From Armatimonadota bacterium (GTDB taxonomy: Bacteria > Armatimonadota > UBA5829 > DTLH01), in contig JBDKSP010000060.1 in assembly GCA_039680575.1 (NCBI GenBank), positions 1 through 59,658 of the forward strand: 59,658 bases of DNA. Reading direction: 5' to 3'. Numbering within the stretch: the stretch's first letter is position 1; each line of letters opens with the position of its first letter. A program made the translations under genes and the position numbers. The notes below the pieces were generated by a model. That model was not told the origin of the DNA. It saw only the letters and a list, made by a program, of their open reading frames with translations, and did not search any database. Shown piece by piece: positions 49,983 to 59,658 of the stretch.

Positions 49983-51455
49983 ATGTGGGATAAATTTACG
50001 GAACGCGCGCGCAGAGTGATCTTCTTCGCTCAACAGGAAGCGGGCAGGTTCGGGGAAAACCATGTATCAACGGAGCATCTCCTGCTCGGACTGATAAGAG
50101 AGCCGAGCAGTATCGCAGTGAAGGTGCTGAAGAACCTGGATGTGTCGCTCGACATCATAAGGGCCGAACTGGATTCGAATGTGAAGCGGGGTGAAGGCAG
50201 ATTAGGCGATGACATGCAGCTCGCACCTCGCGCCAAACGGGTAATAGACCTGGCTTATGACGAGGCCAGGGAGCTCGACAACAGTTACATCGGCACAGAA
50301 CACCTGCTTCTGGGGCTTATCCACGAGCGTGAAGGGATCGCAGCCAAAGTCCTTGCACGGCTTGGCGTAACGCTCGACAGAGCCCGCGTAGAAACGTGTG
50401 ATCTCCAGGAAAGACGGGACCAGGAAGCCAGGGAACAGAGCGGAGAAGTCGCAAGGATGCTGATAGACGATGTTGGGTTTGGCCCGAACCATCCTCAAAG
50501 TATTGCAGGCCTGAAAAATACCAGGCGGCTTCGCGGCAGGAGCATCATGTCCATACTCGACCTGTCGACAAGTGAGATCGACCTTGTTCTGGGCGTCGCG
50601 GAACTGCTGAAAAGGACCATCAAGGAAGACCCGACTTCTCACAGGTCTATCCTGCCCGGCCGGACGCTTGCAATGATCTTCGAGAAACCCAGCCTGAGGA
50701 CCAGGGTCACGTTTGAGACGGGAATGACCCAACTCGGCGGACATGCGATCTATCTTGCGCCCACAGACATAAGCATCGGAGTCCGCGAGACTGTGGAAGA
50801 TGTAGCGAAGAACCTTTCACGGTGGTGCAACGTCATCATGGCCAGGGTGTTTTCTCACGATACGGTAACCGGGCTTACCAATAACGCGACTATTCCTGTA
50901 ATCAACGGCCTTTCGGACCTCGAGCATCCGTGCCAGGTGCTTGCCGATTTCCAGACGATCAAAGAGAGAAAAGGCGAGTTCAATGGGCTGAAGCTCGCGT
51001 TCATCGGCGATGGGAACAATGTGGCGAACAGCCTGATGCTCTGCGCCGCGAAAGTCGGGACCCATTTTTCCATAGCATGTCCCGAAGGCTACGAACCTGG
51101 CGAAGAGATTACGCAGACCGCTCGTGAGATCGGTGAAAAAACCGGCTCCAGGATCGAGATAGTGAGAAACCCCGCTGAAGCTGCCGAAGGCGCGGATGTG
51201 CTTTACGCAGATGTCTGGGCGTCGATGGGACAGGAAGCGGAGCAGGAGCTTCGGAAAAAAACTTTTGCTTCGTATCAGATCAACAGTGAGCTGATGGCTA
51301 AGGCAAAACCGGATGCCATCGTACTCCATTGCCTGCCGGCACATCGAGGCGATGAGATCACATCCGAAGTGCTGGACGGACCGCAATCGGCCGTATTCGA
51401 CGAAGCGGAGAACCGGCTCCACGCACAGAAGGCACTTCTCTCGTTGATCGTATAA
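49983..51455 (+). CDS. argF: ClpC N-terminal-domain / ornithine carbamoyltransferase fusion
   Basis: Residues 1 to about 143 form two Clp-N repeats (FTERARRV..TEHLLLGL; PRAKRVI..GTEHLLLGL). Residues from about 182 carry OTC motifs FEKPSLRTR, HPCQ, SMGQE and HCLP. Single open frame. Confidence 0.95.
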   Translation: MWDKFTERARRVIFFAQQEAGRFGENHVSTEHLLLGLIREPSSIAVKVLKNLDVSLDIIRAELDSNVKRGEGRLGDDMQLAPRAKRVIDLAYDEARELDNSYIGTEHLLLGLIHEREGIAAKVLARLGVTLDRARVETCDLQERRDQEAREQSGEVARMLIDDVGFGPNHPQSIAGLKNTRRLRGRSIMSILDLSTSEIDLVLGVAELLKRTIKEDPTSHRSILPGRTLAMIFEKPSLRTRVTFETGMTQLGGHAIYLAPTDISIGVRETVEDVAKNLSRWCNVIMARVFSHDTVTGLTNNATIPVINGLSDLEHPCQVLADFQTIKERKGEFNGLKLAFIGDGNNVANSLMLCAAKVGTHFSIACPEGYEPGEEITQTAREIGEKTGSRIEIVRNPAEAAEGADVLYADVWASMGQEAEQELRKKTFASYQINSELMAKAKPDAIVLHCLPAHRGDEITSEVLDGPQSAVFDEAENRLHAQKALLSLIV

Positions 51456-51560
51456 TCCGAACAATTTAGAGATGCTTTTTGGACTGGTAGAGAACCGCAT
51501 GTTTTCGCGGCAAAAAGCTCTGCCGGTTTCCGTTTATTAACGTAGTTAAAGGAGATACAA

Positions 51561-52745
51561 ATGAGCACCGTTTTACTCGTCTATTCGGGTGGGTTGGACA
51601 CATCTGTCTGCATCCCGATGATGAGAGAGGATTATGGCTTCGATCACGTCGTGACCGTAACCATAGATGTCGGCCAGCCGGCCGCTGATATAAAAGAAGC
51701 TGAGACGAAAGCTAAAGCCCTCGGTACGGAACACTACACCATCGATGCGAAGGAAGAATTCGCAAGAGACTTCATCTTCCCCGCCATCAAAGCCAACGCC
51801 GATTATGAGGGTTATCCGCTCAGTACATCCATCGCCAGACCGCTGATCGGGCTCAAGGTTGTGGAAATTGCGAAGAAGACCGGAGCTGAGGCATTCTGCC
51901 ACGGCTGCACCGGCAAGGGCAACGACCAGTTCCGCATCGAGTTCGCAATACGTGCATTCATGCCGGATGTGAAGATCATCGCGCCTATGCGCGAGAGAAA
52001 TATGACCCGCACATGGGAAATCGATTACGCCAAGAAAAAGGGCGTTCCCGTATCGCAGAGCGCAGCCAAAATCTGGTCTATCGACGAGAACATGTGGGGA
52101 CGTTCCATTGAGGGCGGCAGGCTCGAAGAGCCGGATTATGTCGCACCGGAAGAGATTTTCAAGTGGACTAAGAGCCCGTTGGATGCGCCGGACCAGCCGC
52201 GCGACGTCGAACTCGGGTTTGAAAACGGTGTACCTGTGTCTATAGATGGAAAGTCTTTGTCTCCCACACAGCTCGTGATAGAGATGAACCATATATCAGG
52301 TGAATACGGCGTCGGCAGGCTCGACATGATGGAAGACAGGATGATGGGGCTCAAGGTCCGCGAGAACTACGAGTGTCCCGGCGCAGTAGCGATCCTGAAA
52401 GCCCACAAAGCGCTCGAAGCGCTGGTATGCACTAAGGAAGAGCTCAGATTCAAGTCGATAGTGGATGTCGAGTGGGGCAAGCTGGTCTACGAGGGGTTGT
52501 GGTTCGACCCGTTCAAGGAAGACCTGGATGCATTCATCAACAGGATTCAGGAACGCGTGACGGGCACGGTCAAACTGAGGTTCTATAAGGGCAATGTGAG
52601 CGTCATCGGACGGGCGAGCAAGCATGCGCTTTACTCCGAGGAGATGGCGAGCTTCGACACCGACTCGTTCGACCAGTCCAGAGTGGCAGGTATGGTGGAA
52701 CTCCACGGCCTGCAGGCCCGGATGTACCGGCAGGTGAAGGGTTAG
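51561..52745 (+). CDS. argG: Argininosuccinate synthase
   Basis: YSGGLDTS, STSIARP, HGCTGKGNDQFR, SIDENMWGRSIEGG. Confidence 0.97.
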   Translation: MSTVLLVYSGGLDTSVCIPMMREDYGFDHVVTVTIDVGQPAADIKEAETKAKALGTEHYTIDAKEEFARDFIFPAIKANADYEGYPLSTSIARPLIGLKVVEIAKKTGAEAFCHGCTGKGNDQFRIEFAIRAFMPDVKIIAPMRERNMTRTWEIDYAKKKGVPVSQSAAKIWSIDENMWGRSIEGGRLEEPDYVAPEEIFKWTKSPLDAPDQPRDVELGFENGVPVSIDGKSLSPTQLVIEMNHISGEYGVGRLDMMEDRMMGLKVRENYECPGAVAILKAHKALEALVCTKEELRFKSIVDVEWGKLVYEGLWFDPFKEDLDAFINRIQERVTGTVKLRFYKGNVSVIGRASKHALYSEEMASFDTDSFDQSRVAGMVELHGLQARMYRQVKG

Positions 52746-52842
52746 GGACGAAAAGGGATTTAGGATTTACCTATGCTTCGGGACCGCAGTTCGTCCCGAA
52801 GCATGAATCTCCACTACTCCGAAGCAATGGAAAGATAGCAGA

Positions 52843-52930
52843 GGGCATGGATGCCCTGGAGAATGGGGGCCGGGGCATGGATCCCCCGGCCCATCAGAGG
52901 ATGTAGTGGCCGGGCTCTGTCCCGGCCATC
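52843..52930. repeat. REP-like family A copy 3 (52843-52896) plus GTAG-type palindrome family D (52903-52930)
   Basis: GGGCATGGATGCCC...CCATCA, then GTAGTGGCCGGgctctgtcCCGGCCATC. Confidence 0.85.
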
Positions 52931-52997
52931 GGCAGCGAAGCTGCCAGAATCCTAAATCCTTCTGTTCCCCCATTTTCCCACTGAAAGCTAACAACAA

Positions 52998-54404
52998 ATG
53001 ACTGATAACTCAAAAAAACTCTGGGGCGGCAGGTTCGCCAAGTCTACTGATAAGGCTGTGGAGGAATTTACCGCCTCGGTGCATTATGATTCGCGGCTTT
53101 TCGTGCAGGATATAAGGGGCTCGATTGCCCACGCGCAGATGCTAGGCAAATGCGGTATCATCCCAGCGGACGATTCATCAAAGATTGTGGAAGGGCTCAA
53201 GTCGCTTCTCGAAGATTACCGCGCCGGCAAGGTCGAGTTCGACCCTTCAGCCGAAGATGTCCATATGAACGTCGAAAAGCTGCTTTACGCGCGTATAGGA
53301 GATGCGGCAGGGCGGCTCCACACCGCTAGAAGCCGCAATGACCAGGTTGCGACGGATGTCCGGCTGTGGATGAAGGATGAAACCAGCGTAATCACGGAGC
53401 TTATAACCGATTTTCAGCGCGTGCTTGTCGATCTGGCCGGAGACCACCTTGACACGCTCATGCCGGGCTACACCCACATGCAGCACGCCCAGCCGGTGCT
53501 TCTGGCACACCACCTGCTTGCGTATTTCTGGATGCTGGAACGGGACAAGGGCCGGTTCAACGACTGCCGGAAACGCGCGGATGTGCTGCCGCTTGGGTCG
53601 GGCGCGCTCGCCGGGACAGGATTTCCTATAGACCGAGAATTCGTCGCACGGGAGCTTGGATTCTCCTATATATCTGAAAACAGCCTGGATGCTGTGTCTG
53701 ACAGAGACTTTATCTCCGAATTTCTCGCCGCAGCCGCGATTGCAATGACACATCTCTCACGGTTTGCCGAAGAGTTGGTCTACTGGTCGACGCCGGAGTT
53801 CGGGTTCGTCGAGCTTGACGACTCCGTCACCACCGGATCGAGCATCATGCCCCAAAAGAAGAACCCCGACGCTGCCGAGCTCACCCGCGGCAAGACCGGA
53901 AGGGTGTTCGGGGACCTGATGACTATCCTGACAGTCCAAAAAGGGCTGCCGCTCTCGTATAACCGCGACCTGCAGGAAGACAAGGAGCCCATTTTCGATG
54001 CTGCGGATACACTCCGCGGCGCGCTCAGTGTCTTTATACCGATGGTAGCGACAGCAAAGTTCAATAAAGACAGGATGCGCCGGTCTCTCAAGGGAGATTT
54101 TTCGACTGCGACCGATCTCGCGGACTATCTCGTGCGGACGGGAATGCCGTTCAGAAACGCCCATGCGGTAGTCGGCAAGCTCGTAGCCGACTGCATAGCT
54201 TCAAACAAGGATTTGTCGGACTTGACGCTCGATGAGTTAAGACACCTCGTCCCGGAGGCGGCGGAAGAAGCCCTTCGGGTCCTCAATCCTGAGGAAAGTG
54301 CCGCCGCAAGGTCGGTACCCGGTGGTACAGCCCGTTCCGCCGTCGAACACCAGCTCGATGCTGCGCGTGCGGCTTTGTCTATAGATTTTCGGCTGATTAA
54401 TTAA
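52998..54404 (+). CDS. argH: Argininosuccinate lyase
   Basis: LWGGRF, HTARSRNDQ, PGYTHMQHAQP, TGSSIMPQKKNPD, YNRDLQEDKE. Confidence 0.98.
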   Translation: MTDNSKKLWGGRFAKSTDKAVEEFTASVHYDSRLFVQDIRGSIAHAQMLGKCGIIPADDSSKIVEGLKSLLEDYRAGKVEFDPSAEDVHMNVEKLLYARIGDAAGRLHTARSRNDQVATDVRLWMKDETSVITELITDFQRVLVDLAGDHLDTLMPGYTHMQHAQPVLLAHHLLAYFWMLERDKGRFNDCRKRADVLPLGSGALAGTGFPIDREFVARELGFSYISENSLDAVSDRDFISEFLAAAAIAMTHLSRFAEELVYWSTPEFGFVELDDSVTTGSSIMPQKKNPDAAELTRGKTGRVFGDLMTILTVQKGLPLSYNRDLQEDKEPIFDAADTLRGALSVFIPMVATAKFNKDRMRRSLKGDFSTATDLADYLVRTGMPFRNAHAVVGKLVADCIASNKDLSDLTLDELRHLVPEAAEEALRVLNPEESAAARSVPGGTARSAVEHQLDAARAALSIDFRLIN

Positions 54405-54450
54405 CGGCCAATCATATGTTGGCTGTTACCGAAAATCCTCCGAAAGGCCA

Positions 54451-54580
54451 TCAATCGCTCAAACTGCCGCAATCGGCCCCGATTATGTCCGCTGTGATCC
54501 ACTGCGACCTCGGACTTGCCAGAAGCGCTACCGCATTTGCGACGTCTTGGGGTGGTCAACCGCCCCATCGGGTTTCGCGC
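54451..54580 (-). pseudogene. Frameshifted 3' remnant of a short-chain dehydrogenase/reductase
   Basis: Manual translation gives ARNPMGRLTTP, a frameshift, then DVANAVALLASPRSQWITADIIGADCG..stop, the typical SDR C-terminus. Confidence 0.7.
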
Positions 54581-54813
54581 GGGCTAGTAACTCCCCACAT
54601 TATTGCAGATACAGCAGCTCTAGAAAAGATGGAACAATGGGCAACATAAGCCGTCAAAAACGTTGTAGTGTGTAAACCTCATGACATCTCACACGTTATT
54701 ATAAATGATAGCAGGCGTATGAGTCGCCTGCGGCATACCCCCGGATGGGTAAGCTATTATTGCTTAACGTAATCGAACTTGGGGGTACACTCAGACTGCC
54801 ATTGTGTAGGAAT

Positions 54814-54861
54814 TGTGGATAAGGAACACTGCTTGACACTGACCGGGGCTTCCTATATACT
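54814..54861 (+). promoter_or_regulatory. DnaA-box-like 9-mer plus sigma70 promoter of the murA operon
   Basis: TGTGGATAA (reverse complement of TTATCCACA) at 54814-54822; TTGACA-N17-TATACT at 54833-54861. Confidence 0.7.
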
Positions 54862-54938
54862 TGAGCCAGGATTATTACCCGGTTTCAAGGAAGGCCTGGA
54901 AGAGAATGGAGTGTTCTCTGACAGGAGGTTGACATAAT

Positions 54939-56222
54939 TTGGACAAGTTATACATAATAGGTGGCACTCCACTCAGGGGAACCATCCGAGCCAGCGGCAG
55001 CAAAAACGGCGCACTGGCTATCATGGCAGCCTCGCTGCTTGCAAAAGGACGAACTGTACTTTCTAATGTGCCTAAGATAGGCGATATCTATACAATGGTA
55101 GAGATGCTCAGCGCACTCGGTGCTGATTGTGAAGTAAGCGGCGACAACGTTTCGATAGACGCCACCAACCTGCGCTCATCAGAAGCCCCATATGACCTGG
55201 TCAAGAAGATGCGGGCTTCTTTCACCGTACTGGGACCACTCCTTGCCAGAAAAGGTTATGCCAAGGTAGCAATGCCCGGCGGCTGCGATATAGGAGCAAG
55301 GCCGATTGATTTTCATGTAAAAGGGATCCAGGCGCTCGGCGCTCATATCGAGACCGAGCATGGGTTCGTGGAAGCTGAGGCCGAAAGGCTTCACGGCTCG
55401 GAGATTTATCTGGACTTCCCGAGTGCCGGTGCCACGCAGCATATTATGACCGCAGCATGTCTGGCTGAAGGCATGACTGTCATTCAGAATGCAGCCATGG
55501 AACCGGAGATAGCAGACCTTGCGAAGTATCTTACCGCCATGGGCGCGCGAATAGAGGGCGCCGGGACTACTACTATCAGTGTAGAAGGTGTTAAGGAACT
55601 GATCGCTGTTTCTCATCGCATAATTCCGGACCGAATGGAAGCCGGAACATTTGCCGTCGCGGCTGCAATGACTCAGGGTGATATAAAAATCGAAGGAGCC
55701 TGCCCCAGGCAAATGGAACCGTCTATATTGAAGCTGCGCGAGACAGGCGCGGTAGTCACAGTCGGCGAAGACTGGCTGAGAGTACGCGAGAATGCCAGGC
55801 CGCTTGCAACGGATGTCGTGACAATGCCCCATCCGGGCTTCCCGACGGATATGCAGCAGCCGTTCGTCGCACTGCTTTCAATAGCCCAGGGGACTTCTAT
55901 AATAACTGAGAACGTCTATGAAAGGCGGTTCAGGTATATCAGCGAACTCCAGAGAATGGGCGCGGACATCAAACAGGATGGCCGGACTGCCATAGTCAAG
56001 GGAGTCGATAAACTGACAGGCGCCCAGGTGACGGCAACTGATCTGAGAGCCGGAGCTGCTATGATCGTCGCGGCGCTCGGCGCCGAAGGCGAATCTGAAA
56101 TATCCGGCCTGGAGCACATCGACAGGGGCTATGAGCGGCTGGTCGATAAGCTGCAGGAACTAGGCGCGGAAGTTATGCGCGCGGATTCGGAAAGAAAGGG
56201 AAGTACTCTGTGTTCAGTATAG
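54939..56222 (+). CDS. murA: UDP-N-acetylglucosamine 1-carboxyvinyltransferase
   Basis: [45 protein letters not shown] start with AGGAGG RBS. Confidence 0.97.
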   Translation: MDKLYIIGGTPLRGTIRASGSKNGALAIMAASLLAKGRTVLSNVPKIGDIYTMVEMLSALGADCEVSGDNVSIDATNLRSSEAPYDLVKKMRASFTVLGPLLARKGYAKVAMPGGCDIGARPIDFHVKGIQALGAHIETEHGFVEAEAERLHGSEIYLDFPSAGATQHIMTAACLAEGMTVIQNAAMEPEIADLAKYLTAMGARIEGAGTTTISVEGVKELIAVSHRIIPDRMEAGTFAVAAAMTQGDIKIEGACPRQMEPSILKLRETGAVVTVGEDWLRVRENARPLATDVVTMPHPGFPTDMQQPFVALLSIAQGTSIITENVYERRFRYISELQRMGADIKQDGRTAIVKGVDKLTGAQVTATDLRAGAAMIVAALGAEGESEISGLEHIDRGYERLVDKLQELGAEVMRADSERKGSTLCSV

Positions 56223-57229
56223 TCCCAGAACTTGGAATCGACCTCGGGACTGCTAATATAGTCGTCTTTTTGAAGGGTAAAGGAATTCTACTTCGAGAAC
56301 CGAGCGTGGTTGCCATGTCCACGGTAACCAAGAAAGTCCTCGCTGTTGGTGAAGAGGCTCGGTTAATGATAGGCCGCACTCCAGGCAATATCGTAGCCAT
56401 ACGCCCGATGAGTGAAGGTGTTATAGCGGATTACACGACCACCCACAAGATGCTCGAATACCTTATTGCCAAGGTATGCGGGCGCAAGCGCATGTTCAAG
56501 CCCAGAGTGCTTATATGCGTGCCATCCGGCGTTACGAGCGTGGAAAGACGCGCTGTTATACAGGCATCCAAAAGCGCCGGTGCAGGCGAAGCCTTCACCA
56601 TAGAGGAACCGATGGCCGCAGCCATAGGCGCGGGACTGCCTATATCTTTGCCCGGCGGAAATATGGTCATAGACATAGGCGGAGGGACCACGGATATAGC
56701 CGTCATATCGCTCGGAGGAATAGTTGTTTCCCGTTCGGTACGTGTAGGTGGCAATAAGATGGATGAAGTTATCGTCCGTCATATAAAGAGCAGATACAAC
56801 CTTATGATAGGGGAGCGTACAGCGGAGGAGATCAAAGTCAAGATCGGTTCCGCGTATCCGCTGCATACAGAGATGACTCTGGAAGTCCGGGGCAGAGATA
56901 TGGTTGCCGGACTCCCTAAAACGATTGAAGTCACGTCCGAGGAGATCCGGGCGGCGCTTTCCGAACCGGTAAGTATGATTGTAGACCGGGTCAAGAGCGT
57001 GCTCGAACTTACGCCACCTGAACTGTCGTCTGACATTATAGAACGCGGCGTCATGCTGACTGGCGGGGGCGCGCTTCTCCGAGGGCTCGACAAGTTATTG
57101 GCTATCGAAACTAATATTCCGATTCATGTGGCCGAAGACCCGCTTTCCTGTGTCGCTCTCGGCACTGGAAAAGCGCTTGACGAATGGGATGAGATACGGG
57201 ATAACTTCAGCCAATACGGCTTGGAGTAA
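56210..57229 (+). CDS. mreB: Rod-shape-determining actin homologue (MreB/Mbl)
   Basis: [34 protein letters not shown]. No mreC or mreD follows, so the context is Mbl-like. Confidence 0.93.
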   Translation: MFSIVPELGIDLGTANIVVFLKGKGILLREPSVVAMSTVTKKVLAVGEEARLMIGRTPGNIVAIRPMSEGVIADYTTTHKMLEYLIAKVCGRKRMFKPRVLICVPSGVTSVERRAVIQASKSAGAGEAFTIEEPMAAAIGAGLPISLPGGNMVIDIGGGTTDIAVISLGGIVVSRSVRVGGNKMDEVIVRHIKSRYNLMIGERTAEEIKVKIGSAYPLHTEMTLEVRGRDMVAGLPKTIEVTSEEIRAALSEPVSMIVDRVKSVLELTPPELSSDIIERGVMLTGGGALLRGLDKLLAIETNIPIHVAEDPLSCVALGTGKALDEWDEIRDNFSQYGLE

Positions 57230-57275
57230 CCGTAACCGCATCTACCGCTGTTTTCCGGCTAGGGAAAGGTCACCT

Positions 57276-57611
57276 ATGGAACTAAAGATGGCAATTACAA
57301 TGTCGCAAACGCCGGAAGAAGTCTCGGTGAATGTTACCGGTGACCTGGACCTCACGACTATCAATGCCTTTCAAACGAATGTTGAGCAGGCATTTGAACT
57401 GCGTGGGGGAAGAAAGCTCGTAGTCGATCTGCGAAAGACGGATTACATCGACTCAGCCGGGCTCGAGCAATTGCTTATAGCCAACCGGAAGCTCTTCGCG
57501 GACTCCGATAAGCTGCTGGTACGAGTGGCTCATGGCCGCCAGCCTCAGACAGTTCTCGCCGTGACCGGATTCAGCGCGGTCATGGATGTGGAGTCTTTAG
57601 ACGAGGCTTAG
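57276..57611 (+). CDS. STAS-domain anti-sigma-factor antagonist (SpoIIAA/RsbV family)
   Basis: GDLDL, VVDL...DYIDSAGL with the phospho-acceptor Ser. Confidence 0.88.
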   Translation: MELKMAITMSQTPEEVSVNVTGDLDLTTINAFQTNVEQAFELRGGRKLVVDLRKTDYIDSAGLEQLLIANRKLFADSDKLLVRVAHGRQPQTVLAVTGFSAVMDVESLDEA

Positions 57612-58024
57612 TGATGGTCACCGGACCGGTACTTCAGGCTAAACTCGACTTGCCAGGCTCTTCAAAGAATCTCCAGAGTGTGCGTGAAGTTATCGAAAGC
57701 ACTGCCAGTGAAGTGGGATTTTCGGTAGATGATGTGCGTAAAATCGTTACAGCAGCCTTCGAGGCCGTAGCTAACGCCGTCACCCACGGCTCGCCCCTTG
57801 AGAGTAAGAATACCATCAGCATCACTATATCCGTTTATGCCGATAAACTGGTCGTCGAAGTAGCAGACCAGGGCGAAGGCTTTCCTCTCAACATACTGAA
57901 GAAAATGCCCGATACATCATCCCCGCGAGGCAGAGGTATCCCGTTGATGTACTCCCTTGTCGACGAGGTCAAATTCGAAAACAACAGCGGCGGCAGGGTG
58001 ATCCTGACGAAGTATCGAGGCTGA
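57611..58024 (+). CDS. Anti-sigma factor / Ser kinase (SpoIIAB/RsbW family)
   Basis: EAVANAVTHG, DQGEGF, GRGIPLM..LVDEV. Confidence 0.88.
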   Translation: MMVTGPVLQAKLDLPGSSKNLQSVREVIESTASEVGFSVDDVRKIVTAAFEAVANAVTHGSPLESKNTISITISVYADKLVVEVADQGEGFPLNILKKMPDTSSPRGRGIPLMYSLVDEVKFENNSGGRVILTKYRG

Positions 58025-58038
58025 TCGCGGCATCTTCT

Positions 58039-58090
58039 TGATGGACCTGGGGATCCTGCCCAAGTCCCGTTTCCGGGACATCCATGTCCC
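58039..58090. repeat. REP-like family A, degenerate copy 4
   Basis: TGATGGACCTGGGGATCC-TGCCC...GGACATCCATGTCC, reverse orientation. Confidence 0.7.
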
Positions 58091-58114
58091 AGCCTATCAT
58101 AGTCTCCATTAATT

Positions 58115-59401
58115 CTAAATACCTTCTGTAAAAACCTCTTTTGCGGCGTCTATAGTAGCGTTAATGTCCTCCTCGGAATGCGCCAGCGAGACAAAAGCGG
58201 CTTCGAACTGAGACGGGGCAAAGTAGAATCCGCGCTCCAGCATCCCCCGGAAGAACCGGGCATACCGCGCAGTGTCGGATGTCTTGGCTGATTCGTAGTC
58301 CGTAACCTCTTTATCCGTGAAAAAGAGCGTCGACATCGAGCCGACAGCATTAATCCTTACATCCACCCCGGCTGATGCAGCGGCGTTCGCTAACCCTTTC
58401 GCTAGCATCGAGCCATTTTCGTCCAAACGATCGTATATACCCGGATCCTGAAGCATTTTGAGCATCTCGATGCCTGCCGCGACAGCGAGTGGGTTACCGG
58501 ATAGCGTCCCTGCCTGGTAGACAGGCCCTGACGGGGCTACAAACTCCATAATATCGCACCTGCCACCGTAAGCGCCCATCGGCAGCCCTCCGCCGATGAT
58601 CTTGCCCATCGTGGTAAGGTCCGGCATCACCCCAAACCGCTTCTGCGCGCCTCCATAGGCCAGTCTGAACCCCGTGATGACCTCGTCGAAGATCAAAAGT
58701 ATCCCATTTTCTACGGTTATCCGCCTGAGTGACTCCAGAAAGCCCGGATTTGGAGGAATGACGCCCATATTTCCTGCTACAGGCTCGACAATGATGCAGG
58801 CTATGCTCTTTCCGTAGAGCGCTACCGCCGCGCGGACAGCTTCGACATTGTTATAAGGCAGTGTGATCGTATCTACCGTGAGATTCGGAGGCACCCCGGC
58901 GCTGTCCGGCATTCCGAGCGTAGCGACGCCTGAACCGGCTTTGGCAAGCAGGCTGTCGCTGTGGCCGTGGTAGCCGCCCTCGAATTTCACGATCCTGTTT
59001 CGGCGGGTGAACCCTCGCGCAAGCCTGATCACGCTCATTACGGCTTCCGTACCGGAGTTTACCAGCCGTACCATCTCGACCGACGGGACAGCACCCACAA
59101 TCATCTCCGCAAGCGTCACCTCGGCGGCTGTAGATGCCCCAAACGTCGTTCCACACTCGGCTGCTTGCTTGACCGCCTCGACTATCCTCGGATGAGCATG
59201 CCCGAAGATGAGCGGTCCCCAGGATGAGACGTAATCTATATATGAGTTGCCGTCTTCGTCGATCATCCGGCTGCCCTCACCCTTTTTGATGAAGACCGGC
59301 TCACCCCCGACGGATTTAAACGCCCTGACCGGGCTGTTCACCCCGCCGGGAATCAGTTTTTGTGCCTTATCGAATAGTTCTCTAGAACGTGAGATTTGCA
59401 A
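58115..59401 (-). CDS. hemL: Glutamate-1-semialdehyde 2,1-aminomutase
   Basis: [57 protein letters not shown]. Start is probably TTG 59401. Confidence 0.96.
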   Translation of the reverse strand: MQISRSRELFDKAQKLIPGGVNSPVRAFKSVGGEPVFIKKGEGSRMIDEDGNSYIDYVSSWGPLIFGHAHPRIVEAVKQAAECGTTFGASTAAEVTLAEMIVGAVPSVEMVRLVNSGTEAVMSVIRLARGFTRRNRIVKFEGGYHGHSDSLLAKAGSGVATLGMPDSAGVPPNLTVDTITLPYNNVEAVRAAVALYGKSIACIIVEPVAGNMGVIPPNPGFLESLRRITVENGILLIFDEVITGFRLAYGGAQKRFGVMPDLTTMGKIIGGGLPMGAYGGRCDIMEFVAPSGPVYQAGTLSGNPLAVAAGIEMLKMLQDPGIYDRLDENGSMLAKGLANAAASAGVDVRINAVGSMSTLFFTDKEVTDYESAKTSDTARYARFFRGMLERGFYFAPSQFEAAFVSLAHSEEDINATIDAAKEVFTEGI

Positions 59402-59587
59402 GTTGGTCACCTTCCAAACGCACTGCAAAATGTAAAGTTCGCGCGTAAACTTTACATTTGGCGACTCTTCATGTAAGGATACTGCCGTAACCTTACTAAT
59501 GAAACATCGTAATCACACAATAATTTTCTCTCTAAGTAGTCTCCGTTTCTAGTAGCAGCTATGGTAGAGTCCGGCTCTTGCAGAGCT

Positions 59588-59643
59588 CCCCGTGGTCCGG
59601 TGGGTCCACGGGGTAGATGGCCGGCACGGAGACCGGCCACTAC
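59588..59643. repeat. REP-like family C copy 2 (59588-59613) plus GTAG-type family D copy (59616-59643)
   Basis: CCCCGTGG..CCACGGGG, then the reverse complement of GTAGTGGCCGGtctccgtgCCGGCCATC. Confidence 0.8.
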
Positions 59644-59658
59644 GTCAAGCTGGCCTGC

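Noticed and set aside
57276..58024. spoIIAA-spoIIAB as proof of endospore formation
   Set aside because: No sigF follows and no spo0A, spoIID or spoIIID is present; such pairs are widespread.

Overview
A 59.7 kb bacterial chromosomal window, mostly housekeeping genes. Armatimonadota is the likely lineage, inferred from protein style (the MWxxFTERARRV Clp-N start, the UroD-family paralogues) and not proven. It carries tRNA-Lys/Leu/Gly, tig-clpP-clpX-lon, yacL-ispDF, a Firmicutes-type sigH, a split comEC, an orphan ParB with a Cys-rich tail, two tandem UroD-family paralogues, rsmI, a four-gene phosphorelay, a disrupted pncB, pbp1A-mrdA, argD-argF-argG-argH, murA-mreB(mbl)-STAS-anti-sigma, and hemL. 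The two most unusual signals are (1) an in-frame fusion of a complete ClpC N-terminal domain to ornithine carbamoyltransferase and (2) a conserved 61-bp non-coding element with CYRAAACTC inverted arms. That element lies directly behind sigH and again in front of an HTH gene that heads the arg cluster, and its half-sites recur near AGGW-N18-GAAG (SigH-like) promoters. Many intergenic gaps are mosaics of REP-like palindromes. No CRISPR array, rRNA, transposase or integrase was seen. All family assignments come from motif recognition by eye; no searches were run.
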